The notes under the pieces are model-generated. The model was not told the DNA's origin. It saw nothing but the letters and a program-made list of their open reading frames with translations, and did not search any database. A stretch of 26,286 bases of DNA from a virus. Lineage: Duplodnaviria; Caudoviricetes. The translations under genes and the position numbers were made by a program. This document shows, piece after piece, positions 6,158 to 15,500 of the stretch; the first letter of the stretch is position 1; each line of letters opens with the position of its first letter. The stretch is taken from IMG/VR virus record IMGVR_UViG_3300030098_000859, positions 1 through 26,286 of that record. The stretch is one strand, 5' to 3'.

Positions 6158-8887
6158 ATGCCAAAGCAGATATTTCAAATAAAAGATTTCAGTGGTGGAC
6201 TGAACACTTTAAAGGACCCTGCTGATATAGCAAATAACGAACTCCAAGATATTGAAAATCTTAGGGTCGATAAACAAGGTTCTATATCTGCTGCTTATAT
6301 CAATACAGACTCTACCAATAATAAGGTAAGTGCTTATAACAGTTCACACATTTCAACAATAGAAGCTGGGTATGGTCTTGGATATCTTGAAACAGATCAC
6401 GTAAGAGATCCTGTTACAGTTTCTCAAACAAGTTCTATAGCAGGAGATGATGACAATGAAGGTTCTGCCTATGGATTTATTGCACGTCAAGTTGGTGGTG
6501 AATATAAAGAATTAGAATACAGATCAAACGGTACTCAGCAAAATCTAGCTAGTTCATTTCCTATTGGAACTCAAGTATTGCTTACGTCCACAACGTTTAC
6601 AGCAGATGGACTAAGCCCTGAGTCTCAAGGTGTATATACTGTAGTTGATACAAATGGTAGCAATATCATATTTGATAAAGCTTTATCTATTAATATCGAA
6701 ACAGCACCTCAAGACTTTTGGGGTGCAACCCTTAAAGGAACTGCTTATGGGGATCAAGTTATATTATTAGCCAATCCAGCAGAGCATAAAATAGATACTT
6801 ATTCTGTTAATACAGCTGGTACAAATTGGCAAGAAGACAGCATAACATTAAGGTCAGATGCTAGTGGAACGAATTCAAAGGTAAAATATTATACAGTTGA
6901 AGATGCTATTAGGTGTTGTGATACTGCAGATAAGAACAATTCTAAGATACAGTGGTATGGATGGATACAGAGAAGACACTTTGAAAAAACGGCTGCTGCA
7001 AGTAGCTGGAAAGGCGATACTGGAGATAACTCTTATTTAGCATATTACGCAAAAGATAATACGTTAGCAAAGCCAACTCAAGGACATGTAAAATCATCCA
7101 CAGGAACAGCTGGAGTTCTTGTTAAGTACAAAAGCTCAGATGGTGCAACGTACGATTCTTTAGACGCTGGTACTGGATTCAATGTAGCCATAACCACCGA
7201 AACAGACGTAGACGGGCTTATATCTTCTGGTATATATGAACTTGCTCAAACATTTGTATATGATGGAAATCAAGAATCGCTACCAACTGTCTATACTGAT
7301 ACACATACAATAACCGAATCAGATGACCTTAAAGTTCTTTCATTATGTATTGGAACAGTTGGACCGTTTGATCCTAGAATATCTGGTGGTAGGATATATA
7401 TAAGAAAGCAGGATACAGATGAAGAATGGGTAATGCTTGTAGATATCGACCTTACAAAAGGATGTAGAACCAAGTTCACAGACGATCATAGTGTATGGGA
7501 TAATGGTATATTTACACCTACTGGAACAACGGGCAATAGCAGTACATCCATAACGAGCGTATCTGATGTTACTTATTTAGTAGATGGGATGACCATAACT
7601 GGTGGCAATATAGAAGCGGGCACAACAATAGCAAGTCATAATGGAAGTAATGTTATTACTTTATCTCAAAATACTGCAAGTAGTGGTGGTGGCTCTACCA
7701 CATTGACCATATCTGGTGGAGTATATTCTTGTCCAGATTTTAATCATGCTGCTAATAATTTTATAGTAAAGCAACTAGGTGCTATTACTTACGAAATGAT
7801 CAATGGTTTTTCTTCTAATATATTTAGTCATGCTATAGGTGATAGTGGTGAATATTGGAAAGATGTTGTTGTCGCTAATAATAGGGCTTTTGTTTGCAAC
7901 GTAAATATAAAAGATGAAAATACAGGTTTAACAAAAGAAGGGTCAACAACAACACATTTCCCAGATAGGATCATGTATTCAATGCCACATAGATATGATA
8001 CATTTCCTTATCATAATTTTATCGAAGCCGCTAAAGGTGATGCAGATTCATATACTGCAATAGATTCATATGGCGATAGGCTATTAGCCTTTAAACGATA
8101 CAGTCTTGACATTATCAACATAGCCAATCCAGATGATACAAGCTGGTTCTTAGAAGAATCTAGAAAATACATGGGCGTAGGCAATCCTGAAGCTGTTAAA
8201 CGAACTCAGTATGGTGTTTTATGGATAAATCAGCAAGGGATCTATTTATATAATGGTCAACAGATACAAAATTTATCAGAGAATAAATTAAGCCCATCAA
8301 CAATAAGTGGGTTGGTAACTACTTCTACAGGTATCATATATGACGAACTAGAATCTCTTGCCTATATTATCAAGAGCTTAAGTGGTGCAGCGTCTGGTAT
8401 AACAGTAGATCTTAGAAAAGGAACCTTTGTCAAAACAACAGATTTTGTAAGCGTTGCTAATGACGGAAATACAAACCCAATAGATACAGATAATAATATT
8501 TTAATAGCAAATGATAGCGGAGCTGCTGTTGATTTTTACAAGCTGTACCGAACAGTGGCTGCTAATACTTGTGAATTTGAAACAAAAGAATATGATTTCG
8601 GTGATCCATCTACCACAAAAAAAGTATATGCTGTTTACGTAACCTATAAATCAGACAATGCTTTAACTGGTTATTTTACATTACAAGAAGACGATGGTTC
8701 ATCGCATGCTTTAAGTGGTACTATTGCTTCATCTGCTACGAATTGGGCAACTGTAAAGCTTACTCCAAGTTCTCCAGTTGTATGCAATAAGATAGCAGTA
8801 AAAATGGATACAAGCTCAAATAATAGAAAGGTTTATATTAACGATATAGGTATTGAATATAGAATGCTTAAGAAAAGAGCTGGTTAA
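6158..8887 (+). CDS. Tail tubular / stabilisation (nozzle-like) virion protein
   Basis: 909 aa; N-terminal IKDFSGGLN typical of podovirus tube-B/P22 gp10-like proteins; beta-propeller-like segments (DRIMYS, DRLLAFK, GIYLYNG) and C-terminal FETKEYDFGDPSTTKK. Confidence 0.7.
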   Translation: MPKQIFQIKDFSGGLNTLKDPADIANNELQDIENLRVDKQGSISAAYINTDSTNNKVSAYNSSHISTIEAGYGLGYLETDHVRDPVTVSQTSSIAGDDDNEGSAYGFIARQVGGEYKELEYRSNGTQQNLASSFPIGTQVLLTSTTFTADGLSPESQGVYTVVDTNGSNIIFDKALSINIETAPQDFWGATLKGTAYGDQVILLANPAEHKIDTYSVNTAGTNWQEDSITLRSDASGTNSKVKYYTVEDAIRCCDTADKNNSKIQWYGWIQRRHFEKTAAASSWKGDTGDNSYLAYYAKDNTLAKPTQGHVKSSTGTAGVLVKYKSSDGATYDSLDAGTGFNVAITTETDVDGLISSGIYELAQTFVYDGNQESLPTVYTDTHTITESDDLKVLSLCIGTVGPFDPRISGGRIYIRKQDTDEEWVMLVDIDLTKGCRTKFTDDHSVWDNGIFTPTGTTGNSSTSITSVSDVTYLVDGMTITGGNIEAGTTIASHNGSNVITLSQNTASSGGGSTTLTISGGVYSCPDFNHAANNFIVKQLGAITYEMINGFSSNIFSHAIGDSGEYWKDVVVANNRAFVCNVNIKDENTGLTKEGSTTTHFPDRIMYSMPHRYDTFPYHNFIEAAKGDADSYTAIDSYGDRLLAFKRYSLDIINIANPDDTSWFLEESRKYMGVGNPEAVKRTQYGVLWINQQGIYLYNGQQIQNLSENKLSPSTISGLVTTSTGIIYDELESLAYIIKSLSGAASGITVDLRKGTFVKTTDFVSVANDGNTNPIDTDNNILIANDSGAAVDFYKLYRTVAANTCEFETKEYDFGDPSTTKKVYAVYVTYKSDNALTGYFTLQEDDGSSHALSGTIASSATNWATVKLTPSSPVVCNKIAVKMDTSSNNRKVYINDIGIEYRMLKKRAG

Positions 8888-9561
8888 TGGATAGGGTTTC
8901 TAGGTTTATAAATAATAGAAAGCAAGATAAGATACGAGTTGTAAATGCTCAACCATCTTTACAGTCTATGAGAGAAGGCGAAGAGGTGTTATTCTTTAAT
9001 CGTAAGGGAGTGCTTTCGAGGTATAGAAAAGAACGAGGCATATTATGGCGTTCTGATATGTATAAGAACAACGATCTAAATGTTGAAGAAACTCTCAATG
9101 CTTCCAATTTAAAATACTCTTCAACCTTTATAGACTACAGATATTTTATACATAATTTTTCAGACGATATAAATACAGATACTCATTATATTCCTTGGCA
9201 AGGAACTGGAGAACAAACGTCTCCAGATAATTCAACATCTTCTTTTTTAGTTCCTTACAAAATGACCTGTCATAAAATATTATTTAGACCTGAAACTTTG
9301 TCTGACGCAACAGCTGACTTTGAATTTAAGATAGTAAAGCAAGATGATGGAGATACAACAAGGGATACTGTTTCTACTTTTACATACACAACAACACTTT
9401 CTAGCGATACATTGATAGAGATAAATCAATCAGATTGGGATAATTCTCCAACTGTAGAAGCTGGAGACAAGGTTTCTATTTATTTAGACGCAAGCACTGA
9501 TCCATCTGGAACTATAGATTGGTTTATAACTTCTGTATGGAAAGTGACCATAAGTATATAA
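8887..9561 (+). CDS. Putative tail/virion structural protein
   Basis: 224 aa, TAATG-coupled to the tail gene; beta-rich acidic C-terminal domain. Confidence 0.55.
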   Translation: MDRVSRFINNRKQDKIRVVNAQPSLQSMREGEEVLFFNRKGVLSRYRKERGILWRSDMYKNNDLNVEETLNASNLKYSSTFIDYRYFIHNFSDDINTDTHYIPWQGTGEQTSPDNSTSSFLVPYKMTCHKILFRPETLSDATADFEFKIVKQDDGDTTRDTVSTFTYTTTLSSDTLIEINQSDWDNSPTVEAGDKVSIYLDASTDPSGTIDWFITSVWKVTISI

Positions 9562-9608
9562 TGACAATGTTAAATAAGAAAATATTTTATTAGATTAGGA
9601 ATAATAAT

Positions 9609-10670
9609 ATGTCAAGTTACGCACAACTCGCAATGGCAGCTCAAGAAGCACAAGATAGAGCTGCTTTTAAAGCCGCTGAAAGAAAAGAATCTTCTAGGCG
9701 TGGCAGAGCAGCGAAAGCTGGTGGCTGGGGAAGGCTTCTCGGTATGGGTTTAGCTGGTCTTGCAACTGGTGGAATGGCTCCGCTTATTCAAGCTGGTCTT
9801 ATTGGCTTAGGTGGATTAGCTGGTCGTTCTATTGGTAGAGCGGCAGCGGGTGGAAGAGAACGTGATGCTGACAAGAATATAGATGCTCTTTTTCGTCAAG
9901 GCGATCAAGAGGCATTTAAAGAGAATATTGAAGATTATCAAAAAGGTACAAGAGAAAGAATGCTGGTAGATGCTGGGAAAGATGCTTTCTCTGCTTTTAC
10001 TATGGCTAAATATTTTAAACCTCATCTTGCAAAAGCAAAAGCATCGCTTGGAATAGGAGGAGCCGGTACTGGTCTTCCGCCTGAAATGGCAGAAGAAATA
10101 GCAAGGGCAAAAGGTGCTTCTGAATATTTAGCTGGTGCAGATGCGGGAATGTTTGGGGAAGCTGGATTTAGCAAAGCCGATCCAACTAGCTGGGCTAGAA
10201 CTCCTGCTGCATCTACTCTTGGTCCAATGACAGATCCCGGTCCCGTTAATACGGTTGGACCTTATGGGGTTGACCCTGTCCAACAATTTGGAACAGACCC
10301 ATTAGGTGTAAATGATGATCCGTTAAGTAATGTACCTAGTCCTTATAGTCCAACTGCACCAGACCTGTATGGAAGTTCTGCAGAGAATTATTCTAATGCT
10401 GTTGCAAGAGCTCAGGCAATGAGCGATCAAGGAATGTTAAGTCCTGAAATTAGACAGTCTTTAGGTTTGACCAGTCAAGCAGATCAGGTTATGAGCAATG
10501 CTTATGCAAATAATTATGCACAGCTTTCAAATATGAGCCTAGATGAATTTGATGCAATGATGAATGCACAAGATGGGAACTTGTTAGACTTGACTGGTGG
10601 TAATCCTTATCAAATGAACCAGCAATTTAATCCATATCAAACAACACCTCAACCAATGACAATATATTAA
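9609..10670 (+). CDS. Putative internal virion / ejection protein
   Basis: Gly-zipper hydrophobic stretch (GMGLAGLATGGMAPLIQAGLIGLGGLAG), Ala/Gly/Met-rich, Cys-free, with a Pro/Gln/Asn low-complexity C-terminus; follows the tail genes. Confidence 0.6.
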   Translation: MSSYAQLAMAAQEAQDRAAFKAAERKESSRRGRAAKAGGWGRLLGMGLAGLATGGMAPLIQAGLIGLGGLAGRSIGRAAAGGRERDADKNIDALFRQGDQEAFKENIEDYQKGTRERMLVDAGKDAFSAFTMAKYFKPHLAKAKASLGIGGAGTGLPPEMAEEIARAKGASEYLAGADAGMFGEAGFSKADPTSWARTPAASTLGPMTDPGPVNTVGPYGVDPVQQFGTDPLGVNDDPLSNVPSPYSPTAPDLYGSSAENYSNAVARAQAMSDQGMLSPEIRQSLGLTSQADQVMSNAYANNYAQLSNMSLDEFDAMMNAQDGNLLDLTGGNPYQMNQQFNPYQTTPQPMTIY

Positions 10671-11206
10671 TGAACGGTAATCCTCAACATACAAATCCTT
10701 GGCTTCAATCTGCTCTTGGTAATACAACTAATCCCAATATGGACTTTCAAAGCTTTCTAGAAAGCAGAGGAATTGAAGTTGATCCTACGAAACTAGGAAA
10801 GTTCTTTACTGGTATATCAGACGAATATCAACAAGATATTGGAATGGCTAGAGCAGGTCTTCAACAGACATGGGATCAAGCAAGAGCTGGTGCTATGGGT
10901 CAAATGTTTGGATTAGGTGGTGGTCAAGGTTTTGGTTCTGTAGGAGGCGGAGGTTTTGGAAGGCAAGGTTATAACCTTAATAGAAGTATTGGTGGTATCA
11001 ATACAGCTTATGGTCAAAATATGGAATCAGGTCTTTTAGGATTTGCACAAGATAGCTTAAGTGCAAAAAGAAGAATGGAATCACAATTTATGGATGTTGC
11101 AAGCGGATTATTAGCAAGAGACGCAGCTGGAATAGGTAACTATAGAGCACCAGATATGCAACCGGACGATTACGATGAACAGTCAGATCAAGACTGGTTT
11201 CGTTAA
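10670..11206 (+). CDS. Putative internal virion / ejection protein
   Basis: 178 aa, Gly/Gln-rich (GLGGGQGFGSVGGGGFG), Cys-free, translationally coupled. Confidence 0.55.
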   Translation: MNGNPQHTNPWLQSALGNTTNPNMDFQSFLESRGIEVDPTKLGKFFTGISDEYQQDIGMARAGLQQTWDQARAGAMGQMFGLGGGQGFGSVGGGGFGRQGYNLNRSIGGINTAYGQNMESGLLGFAQDSLSAKRRMESQFMDVASGLLARDAAGIGNYRAPDMQPDDYDEQSDQDWFR

Positions 11207-11218
11207 AAGGAGTATATA

Positions 11219-11848
11219 ATGTCACAATATCAATCAGGCGAATATATAAATGAATTCTTAAATCAAATGCCTACGCTTCTTCTTACTATGCGTAAGATGG
11301 ATGTAGACCAAATGCTACAGACAAGAAAGCTAGATCAACAAGACAGGGTTATCAATCTTGATGCACAAAGATTTGCTTTTGATTCTACTATGAGAGATAG
11401 GCAAATGAATATTATGGAAGCCGAAGCTGGTAGAGCTGGTGAGTTATTTGCAGAAGAAAAGAAAGGTCGTCAAGCTTGGAGAAAGGTAAAAGAACCATTA
11501 ACCCAAGCAATGAAACAAAGAATGCAATTAGATGAAGAATATAGAAAGCAAAAAGAAGATATGCCGTTTAAACATTGGTGGCGACCAAATGAAGAAAGTT
11601 GGCAAATATTCGGAAAAGATATAATCAAGTCCGAAAGGCAGATCGCTAAAGATATTGCAGAAGAAAAATATGGAAAGCCAAAAGAAGCTAGTGAAGTTTT
11701 TGGAGACGTTGAGTCTATTAGTAAAGACCTTTCCCCAGAGCAATTCATGAGTATATATAGCAATCCATATTTTCAACCACAAATGCTTGGTAAAACAGGG
11801 CTTATGGGGCTTGCGTCTGCACCAATGGCAGGTGGATATTATCCTTAA
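11219..11848 (+). CDS. Putative internal virion protein (helical, Gln/Met-rich)
   Basis: 209 aa, AGGAG 11208-11212, Cys-free, coiled-coil-like. Confidence 0.55.
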   Translation: MSQYQSGEYINEFLNQMPTLLLTMRKMDVDQMLQTRKLDQQDRVINLDAQRFAFDSTMRDRQMNIMEAEAGRAGELFAEEKKGRQAWRKVKEPLTQAMKQRMQLDEEYRKQKEDMPFKHWWRPNEESWQIFGKDIIKSERQIAKDIAEEKYGKPKEASEVFGDVESISKDLSPEQFMSIYSNPYFQPQMLGKTGLMGLASAPMAGGYYP

Positions 11849-11857
11849 GGAGTTATT

Positions 11858-12538
11858 ATGGCATTAAGTTTTGTAGCTGTACAAGAATTAAATCGTAGAT
11901 ACAATGAAGACCCTCGGTCTTTTACAGACCAAGAGGCTGAAATGATAGCGGGTCTTTCTAATCAATTTGGTCTAGAATTTCAACGAGAATCAAAGCCTCT
12001 TCAAAAAGGAGCGTTTGATTTTGCTGATATAGCAGCTTTTGGTTTATTGCCGAATGAATGGCGACCTACAACCAGAGGCGAAACTGTATACGGAGAAACT
12101 GGTCGTGATAAATTAGCTGGTGATGTAGGTTCTTTAGGTGGATTACTTGGTGCAGTGGGTACTGCTACAGGTATATATCGTGGCATCAGAGGATATCGAG
12201 CAATGAAAAAAGCTCCCGGCTTTAGCCCAGAAGGTGGTGGAACAGCACCCGCAGGAGATATAGTTCGTAAATCATCTGAAGGTATTACGAATACAGGTCG
12301 AGGCTTATTACCTCCTTACGAAGGTGGTGGTGCTTTGGTTCCAGCTCCTTTACAATTAACTGGTAGGCTAGGATTACCTAGTCCACCAACTCCACTTCAA
12401 TTAACTGCTGGTGGTCGCAATCTTCTACCTCCTTATAGAACAAGCAGTGTAGGTGACTATATGCAAACAAGAATTAATGACCTATTAATTGGACAGGGAG
12501 CATCTCCAAATATGAGTTTCGGACCTACGTATTTGTAG
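11858..12538 (+). CDS. Putative internal virion protein sharing its N-terminal domain with the giant RNAP protein
   Basis: AGGAG 11848-11852; residues 8-45 align ungapped with residues 10-47 of the 2758-aa protein; Gly-rich hydrophobic helix; Pro-rich tail. Confidence 0.6.
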   Translation: MALSFVAVQELNRRYNEDPRSFTDQEAEMIAGLSNQFGLEFQRESKPLQKGAFDFADIAAFGLLPNEWRPTTRGETVYGETGRDKLAGDVGSLGGLLGAVGTATGIYRGIRGYRAMKKAPGFSPEGGGTAPAGDIVRKSSEGITNTGRGLLPPYEGGGALVPAPLQLTGRLGLPSPPTPLQLTAGGRNLLPPYRTSSVGDYMQTRINDLLIGQGASPNMSFGPTYL

Positions 12539-12546
12539 GTTAAACA

Positions 12547-15500
12547 ATGGCACTCTATAGCGAGTCATATCGTGTCAAAAAGCTTATTGACATGTATAGG
12601 GCTAATCCTATGCAGTTCACAGAAGAACAGGTTGATGAGCTTCAGGAAATAGCACAGCAAGTAGATCTCAAGTTCAATCGAGTATCTTCAGATTTCAATC
12701 TTCGTAATACAGTAGAAACAGCTATCGGTGGTGTAGCCGAAGGCTTTACTACTATTCCAGTTGGCAGAGAACCTCGTAATACATATGAGGCTATCGCACA
12801 TTCCCTTGGTCACTTAGTTGGTTTCGCTCCCGGTATAGCAGCTATCCCTCTTAAAGGAATGGCTAGGGGTGCATCCAAACTTGGTATGATGGGCGTAGAA
12901 AGAGCATTAGAAAAAGGTGCTTTTGGTGCACAGGTTGTTAACAAGTTCTCTGTTCCTATGCTATTTGGTGATAAAGCAAGTGACCTTGTAAACAAAGGTA
13001 TATCCAAAGCTGGTCTTGAATCCCTTGAATATATGAAACGTGGTAGTGCAGCTCGTGGTGTTTTCAACGATGCTGTTCACTTAGGCGTTGCTAGTGGTGT
13101 TAGTAGTTTCTGGGGCGGACCAGATCAGATACTTAATTCAATGATACATGGTACAATAGCAGGTGGTGCATTTGGCGGTCTTGGAAACTTTAAGCAGATA
13201 GGTACTTTATTACAAAGTAAAAATTATGCGAATCATGAAAGAGCAGAACGCATGATCAAGACTGGTATTGGCTCAATGATAACAGGACTGCCTACAACTC
13301 TTCAAGATATGCCTATAGAAATGCAGTTATATCAATATTTATTAGGCGGATTCTTTGGATACCAAGCAAGACCTTCTTATGAAAAAGAGGGAATGAAATT
13401 CTACGCAGAGGATATTGCATCAGGTAGACCAGATAGGGTATTCTATCCTGAGAAGAATCCTGAGTTTGACAAGCTATCTAAAGATACAAAATCATATGTA
13501 TATAAACAGGCAGCAGATCAGGCTCGTATCAGCATGATGAAGACAGGTGCTTGGGAAACAAAAGAAGAATTGGAGATCCATTTAGCTACTGCCGCAGAAA
13601 AAAGATATGGCAGAAAGCCAACCGAAGAAGATATAAATAACATAGCACGTGAACAGGCTGGTAGGATAGTTCAAGGTGGTATTGTTATTGACCTTAAAGA
13701 ATGGGAAGATCCATTTCCAGAGCAAGAATCAGACCCTAGGTCATCTGCAAGAGAACAGATGCTTGTTCAGATCTTTAGAAAAGATGGTAAACCCGATGGA
13801 CCAATAATAGGCATAGAAGCTATTCCCAGAGGCGGTGATTATAAAGGTACTAAAATGGATGGTATCTCTCCCGTTACAAAAGATGGTAAAGCGTGGGATA
13901 TTCCAGCAGATATACTAGATGGTAGAGAATTAATAACCCTTCAATATATTAATGTTTCTGGTAGAAAAGATTCTGATGGTCGTATCATTGTAACAAAGCC
14001 CTTCAAGGGCGTTCCAAACTTTAAGACTGGTAAGCTTGATTACAATGTAAAAGAACATGACTGGTATGCAATAGAAGATCACCTTGCTTCAAATAATATG
14101 TATATAGATGGAGGTGTTAAAGATAAGGGTATTTTAAAAGTAAGTGTTTTTCACCCTGATATTAATCAGATCAGATTTGATACAATGGTTGAAAATTTAG
14201 CAAGGGGTCAATTAAGAGAAGCCTTAGAAAAAAATCCTAACCTATCTGCTGGTGAGCAGAAAAGATTATTGAACCAATATAAAAGCGAACTATATGATAA
14301 CTACAATCAAAGTGAACGCAAAGAATTAGAATGGTTCGGAGATGCTATTGAATCAGAGGTTATGGAACGTAATATAATCGATAGACATAAAAAATCTTGG
14401 AAAAGCAATGTTTTATGGGAAGCACAGCGTCATGGATTATATACAGTAGGTGGAGATGAACGTGGCTTTACTATGATAGGTAATCTTATGAATAGTAAAG
14501 TTGGTGCTAGGAATGTTGTTGACAGAAATAAACGTGAACAAATGTTCCACACTAAGAATATTCCTTTGAATTTTGATATCAATGGAAAGAATACTTTAAA
14601 CATTACTGTGTTAAAAGATTATGTACCCAAGGAAAATGAATTCCCAGATATGTGGTACAAACAAGACGTTAAAGAAGCAGACGGTAGCGTTAAAACATAT
14701 AAGTATCCATATGAATCTCAAACAGATGGAACTATATATATAAGACAAGACGTTTGGAATGAGATAGTAAAGAATTCAGGATTTAAAAAAGGTGAAGAAT
14801 TCGTTAGAGATCTCATGGAAGATTCTGGAATGCTTAAGCCTAGTATTGTGACCAGAACAGAAACGGGTGTTTTAATAGGTAAGTCTGCTGGTAGAAAAGC
14901 ATCAGATTCTATGAATGAGTTTATGTTACAGAATGATCTTGATGTGATTCTAATGTCTTCAGCCGCAAAACATAAAGGCGGTATTAAAGAAAGTAAATAC
15001 GATTATGTAGATGGAAGACATGTGGCGTTAGGCGAATTAGATATTAGACAAATGCCTATTTCAGACTTTAGACTAGACCTTGGTGTCTATGAAAATCCTA
15101 TCAAGTCTGTATCTCCTCAAATGATAGTAAGACAGTTATTTGGAAACCTTAATGAACAGCAACATGGTAAGATATCTGAGCATGTATTTAAAACTTTTTA
15201 TGAACCTCTTATCGATGGAGACCCAGTTCAGAATGCAAAAATAGAACAATACATTAAAGATCCAACATCTGGTATAGACTTTAAAAAATTAAACGTAGAC
15301 CAGATATCACTTAAAAATATTCATTCTATCCTAACATCTGAGGGTAAAGAATTAAAAGATTTAAGAACACACATACGTGATCATATCATGCGTGTATCCA
15401 CAGAACGTGATCAAGGGGAAGCTGATCTTAATTTCACAGATGACCAATGGCGGGACTATATATTTAGAAATAAAAGAATATTTCATACCGTAGGAACAAC

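Noticed and set aside
9561-9608. AT-rich gap as a sigma70 promoter for the ejection genes
   Set aside because: Only weak -35/-10 matches (ATGACA, TAGATT) with wrong spacing; cannot be supported.
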